Shown piece after piece: positions 40,096 through 48,227 of a DNA stretch of 64,000 bases. Made by a program: the position numbers and the translations under genes. The DNA comes from a virus: the IMG/VR virus record IMGVR_UViG_3300043424_000354, positions 32,001 to 96,000 of that record. One strand, given 5' to 3'. The notes beneath the pieces are model-generated. The model made no database searches, had not been told where the DNA came from, and was given only the letters and a program-made list of their open reading frames with translations. Each line of letters begins with the position of its first letter. The first letter of the stretch is position 1.

Positions 40096-40242
40096 ATGAA
40101 TTTTTACAAAGTAAATTTCATTTTGATGCACGAGCATAAATATAGTCTAACCGAATTAGAAAATATGATACCGTGGGAAAGGGAAGTATACATCGGGATG
40201 TTAATTACACATCTCAAAAAGAAAGCAGAGAACCAGGATTAA
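40096..40242 (+). CDS. gp51: Baseplate hub assembly catalyst (48 aa from ATG), not in ORF track
   Basis: NFYKVNFILMHEHKYSLTELENMIPWEREVYIGML signature. Confidence 0.88.
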   Translation: MNFYKVNFILMHEHKYSLTELENMIPWEREVYIGMLITHLKKKAENQD

Positions 40243-42416
40243 TGGAAAAACAACAATCTAATAAGGGTATTGGTAAAGAAAGTCAACTTTCTAGGATTGC
40301 TGCTGCAGTAAATCCCAGTTCCAATACTGCTGCAAATCCTGACTCCACTAAATCGATGATTCAAACATTCGTCAAACATTTTGACAGTGTTGCTTTAACA
40401 ATGGTCAACGAAATAGATGATGATCAAAGAGATCTAGTTAAAAACATGGTTGCAGAAATTACTAAACTGCAAACAAAGAATATTCAAGAATTTGAAAAAG
40501 CAATTGCTAAAATTGTTAGCATGTCAGAAAAAATGCTTGAAAGCAACAATCCCAACCTACAACAAATCGGGCAGGGGATGCAAGATCAAGCAAAACAAGA
40601 ACTGTTTAAGGCAAAGGGTATAACTCTATCGGGCGAACACGACACGTTCAGAAATCGCCTTAAACGAGAAATGTCTGGTGGAAATTTTGATCCAACCAAA
40701 CCAAAAGAAAAAACTTCCGGTCTCGGTAAGATCAAAGGTTACTGGGCAGATACTAAAAATGAATTCAAAAAGGGTGCGAGAGCTGCTGTTCAAGAGGGCA
40801 GTTTTGCAGATAGAGTATTCACAAGCGATGAAGACAAACGTAACCGCGAATTACAAAAACTAGAAAATTCTACAGGGGAAGATAAATCCGAATCCCTCGC
40901 AGATATGTTCAAAAAAACAATTGAACAACTGCTTGATAAATCTAAAGAAAATAAGGGTGGAACAGAATCCGCAAGTGATCAACAAGAAGATGCTGCTGGT
41001 ATTTCTAAAGATGCCATGATAGAAGCAGCACAAAAGACTGCTGAAACAAGCGGGATGATAGAAAAAAATACCAAGGATACTGCAGATACTCTACAGAAAA
41101 TCCTAGGTGAAGTAAAGCAAATCTCAGAAAAACTGAACACCATGGGATCTATTGGTGGCGATGGTGGAGGTGGTGGATTCGATCCAACGGATTTACTGGA
41201 TTTTGGCGGAGGCGGATCTAAGAAACCAAGAAGAGGTATGAGACTTCGCGGCCGAGGTAGACTCCTAAGAATGCGAGCAGGCAGAGCACTGCGAGGCGCA
41301 AGGTCGTTTGGTGGTCGTGTATTGGGTGGAGCAAGATCTCTTGGTGGTAGAGCATTGGGAGCAGCAAGAACTGCTGGTTCTACTCTCTTTAATGTTGGTA
41401 GAGCAGCAGTTGGCGGAATCAGTGGAACTGCAGTGCTGGCAGCAGGTGCAGCGGCAGCAGCAACAGGCGCTATTGTTTATGGCGCAGATAAATTTATTAA
41501 ATCTACGAACATGGGAGCAAGAAAGAAGCAGGAAGAGGGAACTGCAAAGTTCGGACTTACTGGCAATAATCTTGATGGATTTTCAATTAACGGAAAACCT
41601 GCTGGCAAATATAAAGATCTTCCCGAGTATTATAAAAACGTTGCGGATGGTTATGGTGCCAACAGTAGAGGCGGCGCTGCTGAACGAGCAAGACAATACG
41701 TCGAAACCCACAATCCAGATGGCAGTAAAAAGGTTGAGAAAAAACCTGCTGCTGTTGAAAAGGAAAAGAAAAAAACTGATGCCAAGGTAACTCCAAAGAC
41801 GCCAGCAAAACAAGTAACAACTCCACCACCAGTTGAGGCGGATGAAATCGTAGTTACTGCTTCAAAGAAAAAGAAAGCAGAAGTCGAGAAACCAAAGCAA
41901 GAAAAATCTGCCGCGACTTCTACGGTCAAAGAAGCAACAAAAGCAAGCGACAAAACTGCTGATTTAACTGCAGTTGACAAAAGCATCAAGGGTAAGGTTG
42001 CTGAAATTGATCCGAAAGGAAAATGGGCAAAACTCAAAGATGGTAAAATCGTAGATCCTGATTTCCCTAATGATGCCGATTCAAACTATACTGCTCAACA
42101 AGCATATAAGTTGAGTCAAAAGTCTGCCAAAGTTGCACCAAACCAAAATAATTCTGGCGAAACATTAAACGAAACCAGTAAGAAAGCAACAGCAAAAACT
42201 GAGACTGGTAGAAACGCAGATGGTGCGCTGATTGAAGCAGGAACTGCTGCCACGAAGGACAAAGTTAATGTAAATGTTCCTCCGCCAACAGTGATCAATC
42301 AGGGCGGCGGACAAGGAAATTCTGGTCCAAACATCACTGCTCCAGGTGGAGTAAGAAATGTCAGAGCAGACGAACCAAGTTGGTTGCGGTTCCAGCAAAA
42401 AAGAGCAGGGGGATAA
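40242..42416 (+). CDS. Probable tape-measure / baseplate hub protein (gp29-like)
   Basis: Follows gp26/51; helical, Gly/Ala-rich hydrophobic centre; C-terminal VNVPPPTVIN...VRN; likely start 40242. Confidence 0.65.
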   Translation: MEKQQSNKGIGKESQLSRIAAAVNPSSNTAANPDSTKSMIQTFVKHFDSVALTMVNEIDDDQRDLVKNMVAEITKLQTKNIQEFEKAIAKIVSMSEKMLESNNPNLQQIGQGMQDQAKQELFKAKGITLSGEHDTFRNRLKREMSGGNFDPTKPKEKTSGLGKIKGYWADTKNEFKKGARAAVQEGSFADRVFTSDEDKRNRELQKLENSTGEDKSESLADMFKKTIEQLLDKSKENKGGTESASDQQEDAAGISKDAMIEAAQKTAETSGMIEKNTKDTADTLQKILGEVKQISEKLNTMGSIGGDGGGGGFDPTDLLDFGGGGSKKPRRGMRLRGRGRLLRMRAGRALRGARSFGGRVLGGARSLGGRALGAARTAGSTLFNVGRAAVGGISGTAVLAAGAAAAATGAIVYGADKFIKSTNMGARKKQEEGTAKFGLTGNNLDGFSINGKPAGKYKDLPEYYKNVADGYGANSRGGAAERARQYVETHNPDGSKKVEKKPAAVEKEKKKTDAKVTPKTPAKQVTTPPPVEADEIVVTASKKKKAEVEKPKQEKSAATSTVKEATKASDKTADLTAVDKSIKGKVAEIDPKGKWAKLKDGKIVDPDFPNDADSNYTAQQAYKLSQKSAKVAPNQNNSGETLNETSKKATAKTETGRNADGALIEAGTAATKDKVNVNVPPPTVINQGGGQGNSGPNITAPGGVRNVRADEPSWLRFQQKRAGG

Positions 42417-42448
42417 AAAAGGGGAGCGTTTCGCTCCCCTTTTCTTTT
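42415..42448. terminator. Bidirectional intrinsic terminator
   Basis: AAAAAA-GGGGAGCG-TTT-CGCTCCCC-TTTTCTTTT between convergent genes. Confidence 0.92.
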
Positions 42449-43370
42449 AGTCGTCAGCGAGACTTGAGAAATAACTCATAGTATCATCGTCGCTGTCATC
42501 ATTCCAAGGTGGAGTATCCTCGGTCTTACGAGCAGCAGGTGCCGACATCATCTTGGTTTCAACGAACAGTTCGTCCTCAGCGTCCAGCGGATTAACCTTC
42601 TCAGCAGTTGCTACGCGAGCACCACCTGAAAGAACTGCATTCAACTTTGCCTTCAGTTCGTCATACGACTTGAAGTTAGCAGGGTCGAGGAACGCTGCAA
42701 GAGAGTGAGTGCTTTTCCAAACACGCTCGAGTTCTGCTTCGTCCTGCGAGAGAGGCGATGGCCCATCAAATTCCGACTTATCGTAGTTACGATAACCTTC
42801 AACCTGACGAATGCGCAACTTAAAGTTAGCACCTTCCCAGAGATCGAACGGATTGACAGGTTGCTCATCTTCGAACGTAGGTTGCATCACATCCTTGACC
42901 TTGTCAAAGATCTTCTTACCATACTTGTAGAGGAACACCTTACCTTCATTCTCAGGATTAGCAGGGTCACGAACAACCAGTACGTTTGAAACATACGAAA
43001 GGCGACGCTTCTGCTTACGAGCGATTTCCTTGTTCGCTTCGATACCAGAGTTCCACAGTTCGGAGTTAAGTTCTCCGACGGGATCGGGCTTGTTCAGAGT
43101 GGTCAGCGAGTTCTCGATATACCACTTACCAGTTGGACCCTGGAAACCATGGTCCCAGATACGAACCCAAGGAAGTTCTTCGCCAGCAGGAGCAGGAAGA
43201 AAACGAAGCACTGCTTGACCGTTACCTGCCTTATCGACAGTCGGTTTCCAGAAGCGATCATCATCGCCACGCTTTTCGTTTGATGGGTTTGCGATTGACT
43301 CAACTGCCTTCATGAGTGAGTCGAAATTTCCGCGATTCTTGCGGAGATCAGAAAGTGAATTAAAAGACAT
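42447..43370 (-). CDS. gp32: Single-stranded DNA-binding protein
   Basis: DDRFWKP..DKAGNG.AVLRFLP, HGFQGPTGKWYIENSLTT, YRNYDKSEF, acidic tail. Confidence 0.97.
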   Translation of the reverse strand: MSFNSLSDLRKNRGNFDSLMKAVESIANPSNEKRGDDDRFWKPTVDKAGNGQAVLRFLPAPAGEELPWVRIWDHGFQGPTGKWYIENSLTTLNKPDPVGELNSELWNSGIEANKEIARKQKRRLSYVSNVLVVRDPANPENEGKVFLYKYGKKIFDKVKDVMQPTFEDEQPVNPFDLWEGANFKLRIRQVEGYRNYDKSEFDGPSPLSQDEAELERVWKSTHSLAAFLDPANFKSYDELKAKLNAVLSGGARVATAEKVNPLDAEDELFVETKMMSAPAARKTEDTPPWNDDSDDDTMSYFSSLADD

Positions 43371-43399
43371 ATCTTTTTCCTTTATATATGCGTTGTATG

Positions 43400-43561
43400 T
43401 TAATATTTGCGATTTGTATCATAATCATCATAGTCATCATCATCGTGACTACTAGAGTATTTATACAAGTTTTTGCGGTGCTTGTTGGATTTGTCAACAC
43501 CTTTTCGAACTTCTTTGACTCGAGGTTCGTAATCATAATCTCTGCGTCTAGAGTGACTCAT
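43400..43561 (-). CDS. Small hypothetical protein (53 aa; basic N-terminus, acidic C-terminus), not in ORF track
   Basis: MSHSRRRDYDYEPRVKEVRKG...DDDDYDDYDTNRKY; starts directly after the gp59 stop. Confidence 0.6.
   Translation of the reverse strand: MSHSRRRDYDYEPRVKEVRKGVDKSNKHRKNLYKYSSSHDDDDYDDYDTNRKY
43458..43465 (-). promoter_or_regulatory. Late promoter TATAAATA upstream of gp32
   Basis: Exact motif about 90 nt upstream of the gp32 ATG. Confidence 0.6.
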
Positions 43562-44161
43562 TTAATAAACCACTTCACCCTTCTCCTTGTTCCATAGGTG
43601 TAAGTATTTTTCTTTGTCGATCTTGACAAAGATCCTATACTTTTTAATAAGCAGCGAAATATCCTTCCAGATAAAATCGTATTGAAGAATATTATCATTA
43701 CTATACTTGAAATCAAACAATTTGTCAAGTATAATTACCGTCTCGAGTGAAATTTTTCCCCCGAGATACAGTCGAACAATCAATGGATGTTTACCGTTAT
43801 TAGCAGTAAACGGATCCTCTAGAGTTTTCTCTGCTTCGAGTAAGATGTTATTAATATCTTGTTTGAATACATATGAAAGTTTCTGTTGACGTATCTTCCA
43901 GTTTTCATATGCTTCTTCTGATTCAGAATCAAAAACTCCACCATACTTGTCGCCTCGTGTAAAATTGGCAACAAGAAAATCTATGATTTCTTTCTTGGAG
44001 TATTTCTCGCCGAGTTTTCTGAAGGCAATAATATCTTTACGTTTAAGAAAGGAATTTTTGCAATCCTTGACCATCCCCTTTGTTTTGGAGATGTCATATG
44101 ATTCTGTAGTGAAGTGCAATTTTATTGCCATGTATAGACGATAAACGTCATATGCATCCAT
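43562..44161 (-). CDS. gp59: Helicase loader
   Basis: YRLYMAIKLHFTTESYD, FLKRKD, FLVANF, GKISLETVIILD. Confidence 0.92.
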   Translation of the reverse strand: MDAYDVYRLYMAIKLHFTTESYDISKTKGMVKDCKNSFLKRKDIIAFRKLGEKYSKKEIIDFLVANFTRGDKYGGVFDSESEEAYENWKIRQQKLSYVFKQDINNILLEAEKTLEDPFTANNGKHPLIVRLYLGGKISLETVIILDKLFDFKYSNDNILQYDFIWKDISLLIKKYRIFVKIDKEKYLHLWNKEKGEVVY

Positions 44162-44430
44162 TAGATTGGCAGTTTGCCAGACTTTCTCTTCAAGAGGTTA
44201 AGTTCTTCTGCTTCCGCTCTAATCTTCTCTTTCAACGAAGAGGTGAGCAAGACAGCGACAGATTCCATTTCAATTTCTTTCTTGACACAATAGTCAACAA
44301 GAATATCCATACATGGAACATTATTTGTAAATGACTTTTTCTCGATGTACTGAGAAAATTCTGTCGCTGTCTTAAACTCTTTAGTAATCAAAAACTCGTT
44401 CGTAATTTGAGTCTCGTCCATAATTAACAT
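44161..44430 (-). CDS. gp33: Late promoter transcription co-activator
   Basis: FSQYIEK, YCVKKEIE, LKEKIRAEAEELNLL, C-terminal KLPI; start uncertain (44421-44436). Confidence 0.9.
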   Translation of the reverse strand: MLIMDETQITNEFLITKEFKTATEFSQYIEKKSFTNNVPCMDILVDYCVKKEIEMESVAVLLTSSLKEKIRAEAEELNLLKRKSGKLPI

Positions 44431-44441
44431 TTCCAAAGTTG

Positions 44442-45041
44442 TTATCCTGCATAAAAAATATGATCACCGATCTTTGCGACACGTCTTAGATTCCAACGAG
44501 GATTAACATAATCCGCATGGTAAAATAAAACGTTACGACCTAATATACCGTGATTTGCGCCAGAAAGCAATACTTTTTCTGCTACTTTCTTTGATTCCGC
44601 ATATTGTTGTGCACTGCGCACACGCTTTTTGCCTTCGCAAACCCAGGAGAATTGACAAGTCCGTCCCGTTTTCTGATACACCACAGAACAAACTGATTTT
44701 GGGAACTTCGGACTTTTTACGCGATTGATAGTTACGGCAGCAACTGCCAGTTTGCCATTAGTGGACTGATTCCCTGCTTCATAATAGATGTTATCAGCAA
44801 GGCATTTTAATTCGCGATTATTTGCTAGGTGTATATTTTGTGTTTTAATTTTACGAATTGCGGTCTTTTCTTTTTCCGCATCTTCTCGTATTTCTTGAAT
44901 TACTTCTCCGACGCCGAGGGAATATTCCCTTGCATCTCTTTCGATAGCATTTTCAGCATATGAATTGATTCCATATAAACTATAAACTAATACTGTAAAA
45001 ATCGAAAGAAACTTGAAAAACTTCTTATTTAAGGAAGTCAT
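44442..45041 (-). CDS. Cell wall hydrolase SleB (Hydrolase_2) with N-terminal membrane/signal anchor
   Basis: CLADNIYYEA, AVAAVTINRV, FPKSVCSVVYQ, CQFSW, FYHADYVNP, IGDHIFY. Confidence 0.92.
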   Translation of the reverse strand: MTSLNKKFFKFLSIFTVLVYSLYGINSYAENAIERDAREYSLGVGEVIQEIREDAEKEKTAIRKIKTQNIHLANNRELKCLADNIYYEAGNQSTNGKLAVAAVTINRVKSPKFPKSVCSVVYQKTGRTCQFSWVCEGKKRVRSAQQYAESKKVAEKVLLSGANHGILGRNVLFYHADYVNPRWNLRRVAKIGDHIFYAG

Positions 45042-45199
45042 CTTATTTCCTAAAGGTTGTTAAACTTGAGAGGGTATTTACCAGTGACTCCCCACACTGG
45101 GTCGTAAACGACAAAATCCCCCGATGCTTTGCTGTCACCAGATCGGCACCGAGGGATTCATATAATTATTTATTGATTTGAAACCCTATGTTAACTCGT

Positions 45200-45565
45200 T
45201 CCACCGCTGTAATAGAACGGATGGTAGTTTTTTCTGTTTCGAGGAAAAACTACCAAAACCCAAGGAGATCACGCTGCTAGGCGCATCTCAAAGGCAACAT
45301 TATCGTTTGCTGCATTTACGTTTTGCGGGCACTTTACCCAAGCAATCAGTCTACTCTCGCCTTCAACTCGCAGTCGAATCCTAAGTACGCCCCCATCATA
45401 GATACTGCCCGTTACTGACGCATCACGCAATCTCGTCTTGGGTTTTTATTTCGCTACGCTGGAAGATACCCTATCTCCCTTGTGCCACTTGACAGTATCT
45501 ATGGTGGAGGCGAGGGGAGTTGCACCCCTGTCCTACGAAGCATTCAGTTTGTATCAACAACTGAT
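45200..45565 (-). ncRNA. ssrA: Circularly permuted (two-piece) tmRNA
   Basis: Acceptor piece ends ...AGGGGTGCAACTCCCCTCGCCTCCACCA (CCA end at 45502) and precedes the coding piece starting GGGGGCG at 45394; G3:U70 pair; tag frame 45313-45269 reads (A)ANDNVAFEMRLAA-stop; outer ends approximate. Confidence 0.92.
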
Positions 45566-45569
45566 AATC

Positions 45570-45600
45570 TATTTATACTATACTGATCTTTAAAAGTCAA
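45570..45600 (-). promoter_or_regulatory. Overlapping sigma70 and late promoter for the tmRNA
   Basis: TTGACT (45595-45600), 17-nt spacer, TATAAA that extends to an exact TATAAATA (45570-45577). Confidence 0.8.
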
Positions 45601-45605
45601 GTATT

Positions 45606-45779
45606 TTATGCTTCCCAGGGAAGTTTTTTTCCTACTGAACCCCATTTTCCTATTGGGCAGGATGCTCGATTCAGTTTAGTTTTTGCTGGCATGAGGCAAC
45701 CGCACTTCATACACAACCGTGCTTTGTAAAACTCGCATCCCTTGCAAATTGCCAACCTTTGCTCGGAAAGTTCGCTCAT
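45606..45779 (-). CDS. Small Cys-rich protein (57 aa, DUF6171-like), not in ORF track
   Basis: RLAICKGC...CMKCGCLMPAKTKL...SCPIGKW; ATG overlaps the end of the exonuclease gene. Confidence 0.8.
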   Translation of the reverse strand: MSELSEQRLAICKGCEFYKARLCMKCGCLMPAKTKLNRASCPIGKWGSVGKKLPWEA

Positions 45780-46456
45780 GCTGACCAGTAACCGTTTTCG
45801 AAGTAATCGCGAGTACGGATTAGTTCTTTTGTCCAGTCATCACGACGTTCGATGAAGACTTGAGGTTCGTCATCTTCGACAGCAACCAGAATAACCAACC
45901 AAGGAATAGGAATCCCAGTCCGTTCCTCATACATGATAGCATACGCTGCTGCCTGCATGAAGTAGGAGTGGATCTGCGATTTATATTTTGCCTTATTGGC
46001 AGTCTTGAAGTCGATAACTGCACGCTTGCCATTGTATTCAGCAATACAGTCTACACGACCTGCCATGCGAAGGTGATCGCTGTAGAGCGCAAGCTCCTGG
46101 CAGTGAATATCACCGATGGAATCCAGAACAGGTTTAAACTTCTTGAACATCTCAACGTCAAGTAGAGATGCCTTCGTAGTTGTATACGCTTCTTCTAGAT
46201 CTTCGTTTTTGAGATATGCTTCAGTTAGCGAGTGAATCTTAGTTCCGCGAGTGGTCGCTTTCTTAGAAACCTTGTTCGCTTCTTCTTCGCCAACTCGTTT
46301 GCGCCAAGCAGTGATAGCATCACGAGAGAGAACAGACAGAACGGTGGTGGCAGAAGGATACGCAGCGCCAGAGGCATTTACGTAAACTCTACCACCATCT
46401 TCGTTCGTTACTGATTGGGCGAAATCTTCATATTCATAGATCGTTTTAAACATCAT
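45776..46456 (-). CDS. PD-(D/E)xK exonuclease (Cas4-like phage exonuclease)
   Basis: YPSATTVL, RGTKIH, AGRVDCIAEY, VIDFKT, YFMQAAAYA. Confidence 0.9.
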   Translation of the reverse strand: MMFKTIYEYEDFAQSVTNEDGGRVYVNASGAAYPSATTVLSVLSRDAITAWRKRVGEEEANKVSKKATTRGTKIHSLTEAYLKNEDLEEAYTTTKASLLDVEMFKKFKPVLDSIGDIHCQELALYSDHLRMAGRVDCIAEYNGKRAVIDFKTANKAKYKSQIHSYFMQAAAYAIMYEERTGIPIPWLVILVAVEDDEPQVFIERRDDWTKELIRTRDYFENGYWSA

Positions 46457-46461
46457 AATCC

Positions 46462-46490
46462 AATATACTATAAAATTACAGAAAAGTCAA
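46462..46490 (-). promoter_or_regulatory. Sigma70-type promoter TTGACT-N17-TATATT
   Basis: -35 at 46485-46490, -10 at 46462-46467; the exonuclease ATG follows 5 nt later (leaderless-like). Confidence 0.7.
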
Positions 46491-46494
46491 GCCC

Positions 46495-47250
46495 CTAATT
46501 AAATTTTTCTTCGTATTCCATACGAGCAAGGATATATTCCTTAACAAGTTTAGAACGGACGATATCGTTAGCAGAAAACTCCACTGTCTTAAAAGAGGGC
46601 ATCATGTCAGCAATCGCAATGAATTTTTGCAACCCAGACATATCGTTCTTTTTATATAGGTCAGTTTGACGGAAGTCTCCGCAGAAAATAATCTTGGAGT
46701 TTTTACCGATTCTCGTCATGATAGAGTTTAGTTCCATGTCAGTCATATTCTGACATTCGTCGACAATGATAATAGAATTATCAAGAGTTATACCACGCAC
46801 GAACGAGGTGATTAGGAAATGAACGGTCTTTTGTTCCTGCAGGCGCTGGAATGGTTGAATATGGTTGATTAAATCTTCGCATATCTCAACGTAAGGTAAA
46901 GTATAGACCTCTGTTTTTTCCTTCTCGTCACCTGGAAGGTGTCCGATATCTCTTGATGGTACTGCCGAGCGAACCACAACTAAACGCTCGAAAACTGATT
47001 CTGGATCTAGAACTTCTTCTAGTGCTTTATACATTGAAATGAAAGTTTTACCTGTGCCTGCTACACCATGTAGAAGCATCGCAGTGGACTGTTGATCATA
47101 AAGGTCGAAAAATACTCTTTGGTTTTGTGTTTTTGGTTGAATACCTGTTAGATCTTCGTATTTGACTTTGCATAGTTTACTTTTTTCGATTGTTACCTTT
47201 GGTTCAGAATTCGAGACAATTTGTAAATTATTTTGTTTTCTTCTCGACAT
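46495..47250 (-). CDS. phoH: PhoH family ATPase
   Basis: GVAGTGKT, VVRSAVP..IGHLPG, SFVRGITLDN, VDECQN, GDFRQTDL, DIVRS. Confidence 0.95.
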   Translation of the reverse strand: MSRRKQNNLQIVSNSEPKVTIEKSKLCKVKYEDLTGIQPKTQNQRVFFDLYDQQSTAMLLHGVAGTGKTFISMYKALEEVLDPESVFERLVVVRSAVPSRDIGHLPGDEKEKTEVYTLPYVEICEDLINHIQPFQRLQEQKTVHFLITSFVRGITLDNSIIIVDECQNMTDMELNSIMTRIGKNSKIIFCGDFRQTDLYKKNDMSGLQKFIAIADMMPSFKTVEFSANDIVRSKLVKEYILARMEYEEKFN

Positions 47251-47281
47251 AACAGTCCTTATTTTATCTAGAGTTGATACG

Positions 47282-47314
47282 AAAAAGGCGACACCACACA
47301 AGGTGGAGTCGCCC
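47282..47314 (-). terminator. Intrinsic terminator upstream of phoH
   Basis: GGCGACTCCAC-CTTGT-GTGGTGTCGCC (one internal mismatch) followed by TTTTT. Confidence 0.75.
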
Positions 47315-47385
47315 TTATTTACCGAGGATATCGGTATCTGGAATTGGAATTGGAATCGTTCTTTTTTGTCTCATGCAAGTATTTA

Positions 47386-47925
47386 TTAAATTGCGACGCT
47401 CCACCACTCTGGAACAGGACGATTTTTCCACTTTGCCATACTTTTTTTCGCACCGATATAATAGTTTCGGTAGGACTGAACCGAGTCGGGAACTTTGTAT
47501 TCGTCGGGCATAGCAGGAGTCGGTTGAGTTTTATGACCAACAGGAATATTGACTGGTGGTTTGCGCAACCAGTAAACAAGACGTTCAGTGGAATGATGCT
47601 TGCCGTAACGGTGCGTGTATTCTAGTAGAAGTTCCTGAAACAAACACATCAACCAAGTATAGTTATTGTTGGATTGACGAACCCAAACAGCACTGGGATG
47701 ATTGACATGCGATGCTTTGTAAAGATGCTGTTCGAGGTCAGGGTCGGGCAATCGCCAACGCTTAATTTTGCGACCAGAGGAAGCATCAATATATTCCTCG
47801 CCGTCTAGCATACGATGCGCAGTTGAAAGCAATTGCGCATACTCGAGAATCATCTTGACGACATGTTTGTCAACATGCATTTCGGCGCAGATCTTAGGAT
47901 CTGGGTGTAGATAAAAGATATTCAT
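47386..47925 (-). CDS. Pyrimidine-dimer DNA glycosylase-like protein
   Basis: MNIFYL, HVDKHVVKMILEYAQLLSTAH, HVNHPSAVW, EYTHRYGKHH, PAMPDEYK, YRNYY. Confidence 0.85.
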   Translation of the reverse strand: MNIFYLHPDPKICAEMHVDKHVVKMILEYAQLLSTAHRMLDGEEYIDASSGRKIKRWRLPDPDLEQHLYKASHVNHPSAVWVRQSNNNYTWLMCLFQELLLEYTHRYGKHHSTERLVYWLRKPPVNIPVGHKTQPTPAMPDEYKVPDSVQSYRNYYIGAKKSMAKWKNRPVPEWWSVAI

Positions 47926-47931
47926 AATATA

Positions 47932-48216
47932 TTAGTTCTCAATTTTAAATGGGATCTCTTCAATAGACTTTCGGATGCACTTGATATGTTCTTTAGTCAT
48001 ATTCGAAATATACTCGGATTCTAGAGCAAAGTCAATACATTTTATCACATCAACTGGATCCATTTTCACCAAATCGTCGATTATTGCTCGTTGTTCAGTT
48101 TCGCCGAAAGCATTTACGCAAAAAAGAACAATATCAATATCCATATCTGAATACAACGGTATTCGGTATAACCGCTTCCCGAAGAACTTATCAGGGAATT
48201 TGAGTATCTCTGCCAT
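47932..48216 (-). CDS. Hypothetical protein
   Basis: MAEILKFP start, preceded by AATAAATA. Confidence 0.7.
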   Translation of the reverse strand: MAEILKFPDKFFGKRLYRIPLYSDMDIDIVLFCVNAFGETEQRAIIDDLVKMDPVDVIKCIDFALESEYISNMTKEHIKCIRKSIEEIPFKIEN

Positions 48217-48227
48217 GATATTATTTA

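Noticed and set aside
40173-40241. N-terminal extension of the tape-measure ORF from GTG 40173 (similarly gp4 from 37247 and gp5N from 34136)
   Set aside because: These extensions overlap neighbouring genes; downstream ATGs with translational coupling or promoters fit better.
43388-43597. Hydrophobic plus-strand ORF (poly-Ile) resembling a holin
   Set aside because: It is the antisense reading of Asp codons in the minus-strand 53-aa ORF that is coupled to gp59.
45178-45384. 68-aa plus-strand ORF
   Set aside because: Antisense to the tmRNA coding piece, with no Shine-Dalgarno or recognisable motif.
45502-45535. tRNA-like 3' end with T-arm and CCA, considered as a tRNA-Ala gene
   Set aside because: There is no anticodon arm or 5' half upstream. 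The matching 5' strand lies downstream with a tag frame, so it belongs to the permuted tmRNA.
45776-46456. Cas4-like nuclease as evidence of CRISPR-Cas
   Set aside because: No repeat-spacer array or other cas genes were seen; this exonuclease next to phoH is common in T4-like phages.
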